Positions 1-13,091 of a stretch of DNA of 64,000 nt are shown piece by piece; position 1 is the first letter of the stretch; each line of letters opens with the position of its first letter. The notes under the pieces were generated by a model. That model had not been told where the DNA came from. It did no database searches and saw only the letters and a program-made list of their open reading frames with translations. The stretch is from positions 140,864,001 through 140,928,000 of the forward strand of contig NC_042999.1 of NCBI RefSeq assembly GCF_006345805.1, in the 5' to 3' direction. This DNA comes from Octopus sinensis. Lineage: Eukaryota. Both the position numbers and the translations under genes were made by a program.

Positions 1-114
1 GAATATAAAAAATATGACTTTATCTTAGTAGTTATGTATATAAACACAATTTTAAAGAAGTGTACCTTTCTATTGTTCCCCAAGTGAAAAATATAAAACA
101 ATAGCCTTGGACAT

Positions 115-948
115 GCAGCCAAAGTTGTTTCACAACTGAATGGTTTGGGGTTCAGTCCCACTGTGAAACACCTTGAACAACTGTTTTCTATCATACTCTT
201 GTGATGCCTTGTGAGTGAATTTGCAAGACAGAAACTGAAAGAAGCTCACTTTATGTGTATGTGTGTGTGTGTGTGTGTATCTGTTTGTTTCTTCTTGTCT
301 TGATATCATATGATAATCGTAAATAAATATCACCAGCAAATGAACAGCATTTTTTTGTTTTCAATCTTTCATGAGAACATGTCTGACCATGGGGAAATAT
401 ATTGGATCTTTTTGGTTTGAAGGGCAGTTTTTTCTAGCGGTGTCATGTGAAATTGTCACCCATAATTATGACCCTAGTATCAATCTATTGCATTTCAATC
501 TGTTTTAGAGTTAGGGTTAGGGGTGGGGGGAAGGGTATCTTTTTTTCTTCACAAATGTAAATAAACCCAATCTGTTTCTTAAACAAGGGACATATTCATA
601 CGGCACAGAATGTTTTTTACCTCAATAGACGTCAGTGATTGGTTGAAATTGCAAAAAATTGAAGAAAAAAAACAACAAATATCTTACAAACCATAGAATT
701 TTCTCAATAAAGCCAAGAGAAAAAGATGTTTTATAAACACATTCTACCAGTATACGAAGTTTAAAATTTTTTGGTTACCTAGAAATTATGTTAAAAACTG
801 CCGTTCAAACCGAAAAGATCCAATATATTTGGAGAAAGGTGAGGGTTTGAAACAAGGAGGGCATCCAGCTGCAGAAAATCTGTGTAAACAAATTCCATCT
901 GACCCATGCAATCATGGAAAAGTAGATGTTAAAGTAATAATGATGAGT
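115..948 (+). mobile_element. tRNA-derived SINE (family B: tRNA/CORE-like head, (TG)n, RTE-type 3' tail), split by a MITE
   Basis: Degenerate head 'ggttcagtcccactgtg...ccttgaacaa', (TG)n at 255-278, and tail 'gggcatccagctgcagaaaatc...gacccatgcaatcatggaaaagtagatgttaaa..gatgag'. Similar blocks recur at 3734, 24426, 25670, 31405 and 53875. Confidence 0.65.
404..821. mobile_element. MITE, Merlin-like (GG...CC termini, 8-bp TSD)
   Basis: TIRs ggatctttttggtttgaagggcagttttt / aaaaactgccgttcaaaccgaaaagatcc (2 mismatches). Perfect direct repeat aatatatt at 396-403 and 822-829. The superfamily assignment is an inference from the GG ends plus 8-bp TSD. Confidence 0.85.
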
Positions 949-3733
949 TTTAATGTCTAAATTTTTAGTATATTGTTCCTGTTGTAAACAATGCTTTAAA
1001 TTTAGAAGTAAATTGATATTAAAATTCTATACTGCCTGGGATGTCAAAATCAGATTGGTTTCACTCATTGCACAAATTTTGACCTCTGAAATTGTGTTGG
1101 CATGATAGAATCATGAAACCACAGATTGGAGAGTTGTAGATCTTCAAAAAGATTTCCATTTCTATGAAGAACAAATTTTTGGTACTAGATATAATTTTTG
1201 ATACTAAATATAAACTAGATATAATCCACTGATCCATTGCTCCAGGTATACTATGTCTTTATTTAGTGGAGAAATATACTCAATCTAAACCACTGAGTGA
1301 ACCACCACATGATTGCTTGACCCGCTAGAAAAAGCAGTAAATCCTTCCTCAAATCACACCTCACCATTTTAGGAATTAACACATTTTCTTTATATATCAA
1401 AATTTCAACTTTTCCTTGATTTTTGTCATCATAAGAATAATTTAATCAGTGCTACTTTTCCATAATAGTGGGAAAGTGTCAAAATTTTGTAGACATGATC
1501 AAATACAAGAAAATCTTTATCTAATTCTCAAACCTGTAAAAATAATTACATTATTTAGTCTTAAATATTAAGTGTGTTATCACTCTATTTGGTCATTGAG
1601 GGAGGTTTGGTATGTGTCGTAATTCAGCCTTGCAGTGCATATTCTTCTTTAAGTTACTGAAAATTTGCAGACATGAGATATAAACAGCTGCATATCACAG
1701 ACATGAGATATAAACAAACTGAAATGGTTCATCTGGGAATCAAAACTATTTCACAGACTTAGCTTGCCAAGAGATTGCCAGCACTTTACAGCATTTGCAT
1801 ATTATTTACTTCAAGTTAATATTAAGAAGAAAAAAAAAACTTTGCTTGGTAAAAAATGCTTGACAAAAATTGTTTCAATTGATTTACAAACACGGAAAAA
1901 GAATGATACATATAAGCATTTTATATATTTCAGGTTACTTCCACAGCTGTCAATTATCTCATGAACTCAACTGCATCTTAGCAAGTTTTATTCCAAATAT
2001 CACTAAAAATCTGCCAATACTTGGTAAATGTATATTTCCTGTCAGAGAGATATACAAAGAAAACCAAGTTATACCACCTTGTAACTAGGCAGTTCTACTA
2101 GATGTTGGGCTAAGTTATTGTTCATAAATTCTATCTGAATCACACCGAACATATTAATATTTTTAAAAAGTAGTTAAATACTATGTAGTTTTAAAATGGG
2201 AATTTCTGCTTCATGGATGTTGTCCATATTACAGTCAGAATTCCACTGAATTTATCCAAAGAGACAGTAAATCTCATTGCTGGCTGGAAGTTCATGCTGA
2301 ACTTGTGTAACCCAGAACAACTAACTGGAGATAAACGAAGGTAATTATAGTCTTAAAGCTGATACTGAACTGGAAAATAATAGTAAGTAAAGTACCTAAA
2401 AAAGATCAACTGCATAACAATGATAAGATTTGAACTCTTGATTTTAAGATCAATTATACATAACTAAATATCAGCTTACAACCAAAGCTGCAACACCATC
2501 CTCTTATTTTACTTAATTCTCAAAAAGCAAGAACCTGAACCATTACATTCTTCACTCCTCATCACAATTAAATTGTGTGGATTGGTATTCCCAAACTGTA
2601 TTGGAATATTAAATAATTAGACTGTTTTCTTGATAAGATAGACTTCACTAACTTCTCCAGCTATTTGTCTACAGTTGCATGAATTGTAAGTACCTTTACC
2701 TCTTACATTGTTACTATAATGATTTCTGCACTGAAATGTATACAACAGTCATCAAAACCCAATTAATGCACTTGCTTCTGCCTTCCCTACTATTATCGCA
2801 GCAATATTAGACTCCTGCAAGAGTTAAAATTAAACATTCACAACATTAAGCTCTCCAAGTTATTTCTAAGAAGACCAGTAAAAGCTATGGAAACTGCTCC
2901 TTAGCTTAAATTATAATCATAAGCCACCAAATCTCCTCTCTCTCTCTGTAAATGATTTTTCACTATAAATAAAGAAAATTTAGATATCTCATAAAGATTT
3001 CATAAACCCATACTTGAGTATTTGATATATTTTGTGGGTATATATTTGTTCTTTTTTTTCATTGCTTAGTTTAGAGGAAGGACACTGCCTGTGACATTTT
3101 ATCATAGCCTCCAAATTCTTACAATGCAGTGGACTCACTAAAGGTATCCAAGCACTGAGTGGTGGTGTCAAGCCAAATGATAGGAATGGTTCCAGCAATG
3201 AGTTTCTACAAAGTTTCTGCTAATAAGATTTCACTTTCAAGACTTTAAGTAAACTAAGGTTATTCTACAAGACACTTGTATAAAGTTTCAGAGTGGCATT
3301 AAGCCTGAAAATGCATCATTCTGAAGCCAACATCTTAATCAGACTACCTGTACAAATGTATGCATGTGCATGTATGTGCGTGTTGGTTAAACTCTATAAG
3401 CATATCATGTTTTGTATGGTATTTTCTTCAAGTAAATGATGGTTAAGCACATTTCAGAAACTGATACAAGTCTGAAAGTTACAAAACTAAAAACAGAAAT
3501 ACAGAATCAGAATCATTAATATTTCAAGATACAAGAATGGTGAATGATAGAATCAATAGTGTCTGACAAAATTAGTCACATCATTTTATATTCTATGAGT
3601 TGATTTTTACCTTTCACCTTTTTGTGTGTGATACAATAAGTACCAACTAAACACTGTCATAATACCAATTAGTTTTACACTAATATTATTATAGTTTGTT
3701 TATAAATTCATTACTTTAAATGAACTGATATAA

Positions 3734-3915
3734 AGGCATGGCTGAGTGATTACAATTTCAGCATTTTCAAGCATACTGTGAGGCACCTAGGGCACGTGTC
3801 TTCTAATAGTCCTGGGTTGACCAAAGGGGGAAACAAGTGAGGGTTGGCAACAAGAAAGCCATTCAGTCATAGAAAATCAGCCTCAATGAATTTCATGTGA
3901 CCCCTGCAAGCACAA
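3734..3915 (+). mobile_element. Degenerate, internally deleted family B SINE
   Basis: 'gaggcacctagggcacgtgtcttctaatagtcctgggttgaccaaag' joined to 'ggaaacaagtgagggttggcaacaagaaagccattcagtcatagaaaatc'. Confidence 0.5.
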
Positions 3916-3918
3916 TGC

Positions 3919-3954
<36 letters not shown>

Positions 3955-3961
<7 letters not shown>

Positions 3962-4130
3962 CAACAAAGTGCTACCATATTGACTTGGTGCCCCCAACTG
4001 CCAGCTCTACCTCCATGAAAAACTGCATATCCTCCAACAACTTGCAGTATCCATCATCAAGAAATATGATTTATCATATTACGTTCGCCAGAGATAGGCC
4101 CTCTGGTAAATTTCAGGCCTAAGACTGCCA
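3955..4130 (+). mobile_element. Decayed Penelope-like element, GIY-YIG C-terminal fragment
   Basis: Translates as NKVLPY*LGAPNCQLYLHEKLHI, resembling the recalled PLE motif PY..GS..C.LCL.EK..I. Contains stops. Confidence 0.4.
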
Positions 4131-5484
4131 ACAACCTGGATATACCACCTAAGCACCAGCTGCTACTCTGCACTGTCTGCACCAAGGTCACTGCTACCAA
4201 CCAACCCCATGAGCAGGACCATCACTTATGAATCTCCAACGTTTACCAAACCTCAATGCATACCAATCCCTAGTGCTTACCAATTCCCAACGCTTGTTTT
4301 GCATGTGTATACTTGCACATGCGCATTGGTATGCATGTGAGTTTACATATGTACATATGAATGAATACACATGTGTATGTGTGTATGCATGTGCATTCAT
4401 GCAGACATACACATGCATACCAATGCACAGATGTGCACACATACATCAATATACACATGCATGCAAAACTATATGAGCACGTCTACACACCTACATATAG
4501 AACTATATACTTGCATATGATGCCCTTTCCTACTTCTGCCCCCAACAACCTGACTGATTTCTAATTGCTATGCACTCTATTTTCTGATCTCCACGTGGTC
4601 ACTTTCCTGTTCACCATGCAGTATTTTCCAACTAACTATTACCCATAAACCAACATTAAACCACGACAGTGTGTTACCTTCCTCGACCAATTGCAGCCCA
4701 CCTTACGACAATAACAATCAACTTCTGTCATCTAAATTCAAAATGGCTGATGACTAGCATCATGCTTGAAACTCAAGAGTACCAACAAATGTTTTTATCC
4801 ATATATATATATATGTATATATCTTCAGTAAATCATAAATCTGAAAGAGAGCAGTAGAGTATATAGATAGATATGGCTGGTCTATATGCGTGTGTGTATA
4901 TGTATGTATGCATGTATGTATGATACACAAATTTTTTAGTACTTAGATAAAAATTCCCCACGAAAATGAAACTTAATAGGAGTTAATGTTAACTCACTGA
5001 TCCAAGATAATAACAGCTCAATAAATACAGTTTTCTTCATGGCTTTTCTGGTTTTTCTTACATCACCAGTGATGATATAGTAATCCACAGACTGATACCA
5101 CTCCATTAGCTATCAACTGCTGTTCTAGAGCAAGCAAATAAGGATATATATATATATATATATATCTATTTCCAAATGTGTACAATTGTAGAAACACCTG
5201 CCAGGCACTTTCAGCACTGAAGTTTATGAAGTCTTGTTTTAATACCAAGTACCGTACACCTACTTTGGCCAGGTTGTCTGAACCAGTGAGAAATAAATGC
5301 CTTTACTATGGACACAGGATACAAATCATTGATCGTTCTTCAAGTAGTCAGCATCCTATCAACATGGCCAGCTACAACTCATATTCAAATAAAATATAAA
5401 CATTTGTAATAGTTAGCAAACCCCTGCTTTTAGAGGTCAACCAAATACAATTGTTATTGTTTGCAATATTTCAAAATCACTTGG

Positions 5485-5544
5485 CCTCAACCAACTTTTC
5501 CATCAGACACTATTCCTCAACCAACTTTTCCATCAGACACTATT
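5485..5544. repeat. Perfect 30-bp tandem duplication
   Basis: cctcaaccaacttttccatcagacactatt occurs twice in tandem. Confidence 0.95.
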
Positions 5545-8500
5545 GGCGCCATCTCATCAGAAATATTTCTGTTCAGTATATTCCAAGTCTAGTAGAAATA
5601 ATCAATAGGTAACTTTCTTAGCTAAAACAATCACTTTATTTAGCAACTATTAATATTGTTTCTACTTGAATGCAAATAGTACTAATCTAGTAATCTAGGA
5701 TGTGATAGGCAAGCATTTTATGGCAGAAGGCAAGTTCTAAGTATCAGGGAACCTGAGTTCATTATATGGTTTCGATTTCTAGTGGCAACTATTTAATTAT
5801 ATTTCACATTGCTAGCATATATATAGAAGGCATGAATATCACAAAATACATTTCTGTTTCTTCTAAAACCTTATTCTTCATGTTTCTCTGGAGAAATTTA
5901 TAGAAAACTATCCCAATGTAAAAAAACTCTGGTATAAAGACATCAGTGTAAAAACATTATCATTGAGTCACATCATGTCATGACCATAAAAAGACAAACA
6001 ATAATAATATAAACAAATACTTGTGGACGGAATTTGTTAGAACAGACTACAGGAAAAAGTTTGACAGACTCCCCAATCACTAACTGGTAGGCAATTAGAA
6101 AGAGACTAAAAGAAGTCTAAAATTTTGATATGAGTATTCAGGCATGAAGATTAATACAACTAATAACTATTTGTATTTTTGTATTTGAGCTCAATACAAG
6201 ACCTATTTTGGGAGGTTGTGTGTTGTAGAACACTGTATAAGTTTAGTTAATCGTTTAGCTAACTATTTCATCAATGGCTAGATAAGACAGTCCCAAGTGG
6301 ATTTCAGATCAGGAACTGGATAAATAAAAATGTAACTAATCTAGTCTAGTGCTTCATATTCACTAAGGATTTTATTCCACTCTTCTTTTTTCGTTTCAGG
6401 CTTTAAAGCATTAACAGCAGTTTTTATGATAGGATGTTCACAAAAGTCATTTCATAGAAATTTCAATGCTAAGCCAACTCACAAACTGATGCAGTGTAAA
6501 ACAGCTAAAGGGCAAAAGGGGGAAAATATGGTGGTGCTAATGAGACTAATCATAAATAAAATTGTAATGCTCAAAATGAATTGCAACTGGATTAAATCAA
6601 AGATTATCACAAGATTATGAAGTCTCAAATTTTAATAGCGCATTTCTCACTGGTATAAATAGGTAGCACAGGATAATGCATCTTTCACTGCAATCAGTGG
6701 GGGCACAATAAATCTACAAGTATTTTGATAGCCTGCAGTTCTGAGTCAAATGCTTCATGTGTGTAAAGAGGAGAGGACTGGTGGGCTTTCTACAACCTAA
6801 AATCTTCTGCACAATTTAATTAGCCTTAGTATTGAACCCTGAGCTCAACATGTCAAATCTTCTTTGTGCATATACAACAGGCAACAAAAAACATCAATAC
6901 TGCTACAAATCTAAGTCTTCACAATTTCTGATGAGTTTACATAGTAACCACACAAATATAACATTATGAAACTGCCTTCCAATGACTAAGCTTGTTCTTC
7001 AGAAGAAAATACTTCAGCACACATTAATAGCTAACACTTTAGAAAACTCAGGAAAGGCACACATTAGCGTATTGCTCATATAAATATATAGACTGAAGTT
7101 GCTACTGCACATACAAACATCCTAGACTGTATTTGAAAAGATATTGAGCTGATTGATAAAGGATTTATTCGTCAACACACAACCACTACAAATTGTAACC
7201 TTCTCTATTAGTGTTGCTACAATGGCTCCTGCTGTTTTGATCTTGAAAGTAATTACACCTGATACAGCACAGTAGTTGAATTCACCTCTTCTCCTCTCAT
7301 CACTTCCATGGAGTCACACCCACTAATAACTTTGCTCAATTTTTCCATCCCCAAACTTCCCCACTCAAAAATTTCTTCCTTGGCCATGATTTTTCCAGAT
7401 ACTAAGCCAAAAAGTTAAAACTAAACATTAATTGCATGAATCACATAAGACTAACATTTTATGCCACACAAGGTTATAATGCTGTTAATATTTATTTAAA
7501 GGAAAAGTTATGTAAGGTGAAAATTCCAGAAAGTTGCATTTACAGGAAAAATAGAATATCTAAGTACAAGATCTATTGTGTTAAATAAGTAAAGGCTTAC
7601 TTATTAGGAGGATGGAGTCTTTTCTTGGATGCAACTTAGAAATGAATGTACATGTGTATAGAAGCTATGTGAATAGTACTTGCATGCAATAAAAGGTGTA
7701 CCACTATTTGAGGTCAAAGTATTTTTGGTCTTCAAGAGTCAACGCAACTTCTGAGAAATAGTCTTATGCACAAAATGTAAAATTTGCCACAAAAAAATAT
7801 ATACTTTAAAACAAATAGATTCATGATGTAGGAGCAGTTAGGATTGAGAAATGACAGATACAATGTCAGAATAAAATATCAGTAAAAAACAGTATCTAGA
7901 GTATTAGGTAGATAAGAATTCATGTACAAAGCTGGTATTGTTTCTCTATTACAGAGTTCATATTGTCCAATGGGAATGTATGATGCTGTTTGATAATGAG
8001 CTATGGCCTTTATAGGTAAAATTTTCTGAAAGTAGTACTGAAACCAGTATAATTTACTGGATATGTGAAATAAGTTTGAGAAACGAGTGCTATTGTAATG
8101 CTGATAAGCATTGGAATCATTTCTTCATGGATACAAGAAACTATAAGTGCTGTTTCAAATAATGATAGAAACTGAAATAAGTAGGAAAGACAATGTAGTG
8201 AAAAATAAATTTAAGTGTTAATAAGGTTTACAGAGAAACTGACATGGAACAGAAAGTGAAGTAGCAAAATTGTACTTCAATTCTGTTTAACTCATTCCAT
8301 TATGGCGATATACAAGTTAACCTTTCAATGATGATGATATATAAGTGGTGGAATGTGAAGTAGAGAAAGGAGAATAAAAGAAAGACAGCAACACTCTCAA
8401 AATCACATATTGTAGCCCTTTCATCCTCTTTTTCCCTCAGTCTAACTATTTATTATGCAATGTGTCTGATAAATTGTTATATTACAACTTTCTCTTTGAA

Positions 8501-8994
8501 CTTTAGAAATAAACTTCAATCAAATAAACTAAATATAGTTAGGATAGGTGAAAAAAAAAACAAGGACGACAAACAATCAGAAAAAATAAATACACAGAAA
8601 ATAAACCAGTATGGTTTACAAGGAAAACAAAAAAAAAAAAAAATATTTGTGAGCTTTAAATCAAAAGAACTTCAAAAATTAAAAAAACAGAATGCCAGAG
8701 ACATTCCATCTAGAAATATAACAATTGATTATTCATGCAAAAGTAAACAGAAAACAAAGTGTCTGTCCATTTCCTACCAAAGTATATACAGAGATCAACA
8801 TACTTAAAATTTGAAATAAAGAATTCTAAAGTGCACACAAACTTGTCTTTAAAACATACCTTAAAATAAGGAAATTATTGAAATATTTTACTTCTCATCT
8901 TTACACACAAAAAATTACATTTATCAATGCTGCAAACTATATTCATATATTAAATACTGTTATCTAATTGATTTGATTATTGGTTACTTTTTAT

Positions 8995-10260
8995 CACCAT
9001 CATCATTTTATATTGGTATAGATTGGATGGTTCAATAGGAACTGATAAACTGGAGGACCACATCATGCTTTGATGCTTCAGTTTTGACATGCATTCTATG
9101 GCTGGATGTCCTTCCAAACAAACAACCACTGTATACACTGTATTAGGTGCTTTCTCATGACATTAAAACTAGTGAGGTCATACTGTAACTAGCAAGACTA
9201 AAGTTCTAAAAGTTCTAAAGTTGCCTTCTAGGGTCATTCTGATTCATATGGGGCTAGTTTCCTGGTTTCCATGGCATATATATTCCCCACCTGGACAGGA
9301 CACCGGTCCATTGCAAGTTTACTCATTTCTGCCAGCTGAGTGGATTGGAACAATGTGAAAGGAAGTGCTTTGCTCAAGAACACATCGCATTGCCCGGTCC
9401 AGGAATTGAAACCACAATCTTACAATCATGAGTCCAACACCCTAACCACTAAGCCACACGCCTCCTAACAAGACCAAAATCCTGTCGTGACTGAAAGAGT
9501 GATGACTATGAGAGGATCTGAGAGGATCAGATTTATTGTTGTGAGAGGGGAGCGGTGGAGAGAATAACAGAGTAGACACTTGAGAGGAGGGAGGATGGAA
9601 GGGACAGGAGAAAGGGGAAGTGAAAAAATAGTGTCAAATAAGGCTAGGAGGAAGAGAGCATGAAAGCGATGAGGGTGACGAGGAACCAGGAAGGATGTAA
9701 GAGGAGGGTCATTGCAAATGAAGAGAGGTGTGGGAGGTAATGGGAGAAATAGGGAGAAGTTAGGAGAGCAGTGAGTGTAGCAAGAGCAGTGAGAAAAAAG
9801 TGACGCCAGAGGAGATTACATGAACAGAGAGGAGAGTAAAGGATGAATAGGGAGGTGGGAAAGAAGTAGGTTGATACAATTAGAGCATCCAAGACACTCT
9901 TCTTGTTAGCTTTTTTTATGCCATGCTTGTTCGATAAAGTGGATTTTCTCTTAGACAGAATGTCACCAATTGTGAGGATTAGTATTTTGAGAAGAGATTT
10001 CAACACTCTGTCCTATATATTTCTAAATCTTCCTTTTCCATAAACAGCATCCACTTGGAGTGCTTGGTATACCAGCTTTCATCATCCGTATGCATTGCAT
10101 ACGGATAATGACAGTATACCACTGCAGTTTTCTCTCTAGTGAACTACAACAAATTCTTCTTAGACACAGTTTTTCTCTCAGATCATTTGTACTGCATTGT
10201 TTGTGCACAAAGACATACACACATCCAGTAGATCATGTTGGCTTCACATTCTTTCAAACT
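8995..10260 (-). mobile_element. Decayed 5'-truncated RTE LINE (RT C-terminus, CT-rich 3' UTR, (GAT)n tail)
   Basis: Minus strand gives EANMIYWMC..LREKLCLRRICCSSLERKLQWY, matching the RTE pattern EASMLRWMC..LREKL..QERRLRWYG. The tail module with 'ggctggatgtccttcc' and catcat lies near 8995-9130. Confidence 0.7.
9203..9465 (-). mobile_element. tRNA-derived SINE (family C) nested in the RTE 3' UTR
   Basis: Head ggaggcgtgtggcttagtggttagggtgttggactc...ggtttcaattcc and core gtgttcttgagcaaagcac. Degenerate TSD tagcaagactaaa (9190-9202) / taacaagaccaaa (9466-9478). Confidence 0.75.
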
Positions 10261-11206
10261 ACAAAATTCAAACTATTAAAATAACTAGCATAGTATGATA
10301 TAGTGTGTAAGTGGTAGAAAGAGAGAGAGAGAGAGAATCACTCTAACACAATATGATGATATCCAAAGAAATTATATCAAATTTAGAACATGCCTTCAAG
10401 AGATGAATTAACTCATTTTGGAAACTAGGAGATAAGTACAGTTAAAAACATCATTATAGCCTGGAGTATAATTGACAATGACTCTTCATACACTGATGGA
10501 CCAAAAAGATGGATGTTAAGGTAACTGGAAAAGTTTATATGCTCAAGCACCAAAACTCACCATCTGACTTCTATTAGTCAATGATAGGTGGAGACTTGTA
10601 TCACTTCAATCCACCATTGTCCATGTTCAAGAATTAATTATGAACAAATTTGCCTGTGTACTTTAAATATGTATACATTAGGTTCCCTGAAGAATAACTC
10701 AATTTCATTTTTCATTTGTAGTTTAGAAGCTCATGAAGAAGGTTGAACATGAGGTCTCAAAAGAAAGTGTTTCAATGTCAGAATATAAAATACCAGTAAA
10801 TTTCACTGATTATTCATTCCTTACTTCTTTGAGGTAGATGTTCATATTCTGAAAGCTGATGGAAGGTGGATTAAAAAACACATTGACATGTTGAAGAAAA
10901 ATTTTGTTCAGAATTATATTTTAGTTTATTTAGGGCTACATTGTCTATTGTGTCCCTCCTTTCATAAGGTGGTTGAAGTTTGAGGGAGAAGTTCAGCTGG
11001 ATCAAGCAACCATACTGAGATCTCCAACCTGCATTAGATCCAAGTGTCATCTGCTAGTCACTGCTTAGCATACATCTATGCATGCACATGAATGCATAGA
11101 TGCATGCTAAAACTTCAAGAAGGTTAATGTTGGGTGTATGTTCTGAAGCCTGAGAGATTTTTTAAAAACTGAAACCATGAATAAAACGGTTTTTTTGTCC
11201 AGAATC

Positions 11207-11725
11207 GGCAAGACTTCCACCCGTCCCCACCAAAAGACCATCCTTTAAAAAAAAAATTTTTTCGACACAAACCCCACTTTTCGGCTATGGGGAATACAAA
11301 TCTTCAAAAAAAATTGAAAAAAATCAGCATTATAAAATTTAACCTCCCACCCCATTTCCTTCATTTTTTTTTTTTTTTTTTTTTCTTTTGCTTTTTCCAC
11401 AAATTTTTTTTTTTCAAAATATGTGGAAAAATATGGAGATTATGATTCTGAAAAAAATTTCCCCAAATTTTTTCTGAAGGATTTTTGTTTTCTAAATATG
11501 CAGGAAAATATGAGCATTATGATTCGGACAAAATTTTCAAAACATTTCTGTAGTTACGGTTAGGTTAGGGTTAGTGTTGGGAAAAAAAGAGGGGGGAATT
11601 CAACAATGCCAATTTTTTGCAATTTTCCAGAACCTCCGTACCCGAAAACGGGGGATTTGGGCAAAAAAAAAATTTTAAATAAACAAATTTGGGAAAAATA
11701 CGGGGGGGGGGGCCGAAGTCTTTCC
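11207..11725. mobile_element. Merlin-like MITE family 2, copy 1
   Basis: Termini ggcaagactt / aagtctttcc. Aligns along its length with the reverse complement of 14498-15000. Flanks ccagaatc / tcgtaatc are only 5/8 identical. Confidence 0.75.
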
Positions 11726-12404
11726 TCGTAATCTCCGTATTTTAAAACGTGCAAATTACACGATTTTCAGAAAGTTTTTTTAATGCTTGTATGATTCACA
11801 CGTTCTTAACGTTGAAATAAAACACCAACTTCGTAATCTGTATTACGTACTTTCGTATTTAAACCAAAATCATGCACTGACACACATGTATGTGTGTGTG
11901 TGTCTATGTATGTATGTATATTAGTTTGATAAGTGCTAACGGACCTCGAGTCATTCTGTTACTTCAACTAAATAATATATATATATATATATATATATAC
12001 GCACATACACACACGAGAAAGCGACTAGATAATAGAAAATTGAGTATTCCAACCCAGAAAGATTAAATATTACAGATCATTAAATCTTTCGGATCAAAAG
12101 ATCCAATCTTTCTTTATATAAATATTTTCTGCTCGTCATCTAGCAAAAGATCCAAAGCTTAGATTTCGTTGCCATCAAATACTTGCTGACATCTATAGTG
12201 TGTCGTCTGAATGAAAGTAGACGTATACCTATTATTCCATTTAGAGTCAAATAATTACATCACTGTAAAGATATTTTATAGTGATAGATATTATTACTAA
12301 ATTCTTTTTCAAACACTCAATTGATACACACTAGTATACATGAGGCTTCCAACAAACTGCATTTGCAAAACAGTTCTGATTTTCACTCGAAGCCATTTCT
12401 CCTA

Positions 12405-12950
12405 CCGTAGTTCATTTTCATTGGGAAAATAGAAAGAGAAGTCATCTTATATTGGAAGACAGGAAATATAGACATCTCAACAAACGCTTTTGGTAAACTG
12501 AAAGCGGTACATCATTTTTGTTAAATTTGCGTTATATTGGGTAGAAATGAAAATCTAATATTTATTTCTTAAAAAGAAAACATCAAAGAAATTACGTCAA
12601 AGATTGGACAGAACAAGGTTGCTTTCGGTAAGATCAAACATATATAAACTGTTGTCACTAAGAGCGAAGGTGGTGGAAAAGTGACCCGAAGGGATGCAAC
12701 AGAACCCATCTTTGCATATGGAAAGGCTTATCGTTACAGAGGTGTTTTTCAAACGAATATTAAGGATATCCTATACAGATAAAGTAACAAACGTCTGAAG
12801 TTTTCAGAGGAGTAGAAATCAGTAGAAATTTTCTTAATGTAAGGAGTCAAAGCTCAGAACATTTAGTAACAACTGGAAAATTGAAAGGAAGAAAACACCA
12901 GAAGAAACAGACTGAAGTAGAACTCAAATATCACAAAAGAAAAGATGTCA
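12405..12950 (+). mobile_element. Highly decayed RTE LINE RT C-terminal fragment
   Basis: VFFKRILRISYTDKVTN (from 12742) matches RTE RRILKISWTDKVTN, followed by HLVTTGKLKGRK. Confidence 0.6.
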
Positions 12951-12986
12951 TACTTAATTTAACTACCAGAAATAACAGTCAAATAA

Positions 12987-13020
<34 letters not shown>

Positions 13021-13091
13021 TTTTATGATCACAAAATGAAAGTGAAAATGATCGTATGCAATCGGTATTAACAAAAAAAAAAATGGAAATT

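Noticed and set aside
508-522. ttagggttaggg telomere-like motif (also at 11562-11574)
   Set aside because: Only about two units, internal to MITEs; not an interstitial telomere.
6345-6455. Protein-like minus-strand peptide FCEHPIIKTAVNALKPETKKEEWNKILSEYEALD*
   Set aside because: There is an in-frame stop just upstream, and every nearby acceptor leads into a stop. No homolog recognised.
7560-8200. Faint RTE-like peptide traces (YWICEISL, YDAV)
   Set aside because: Too degenerate to delimit or support without an alignment.
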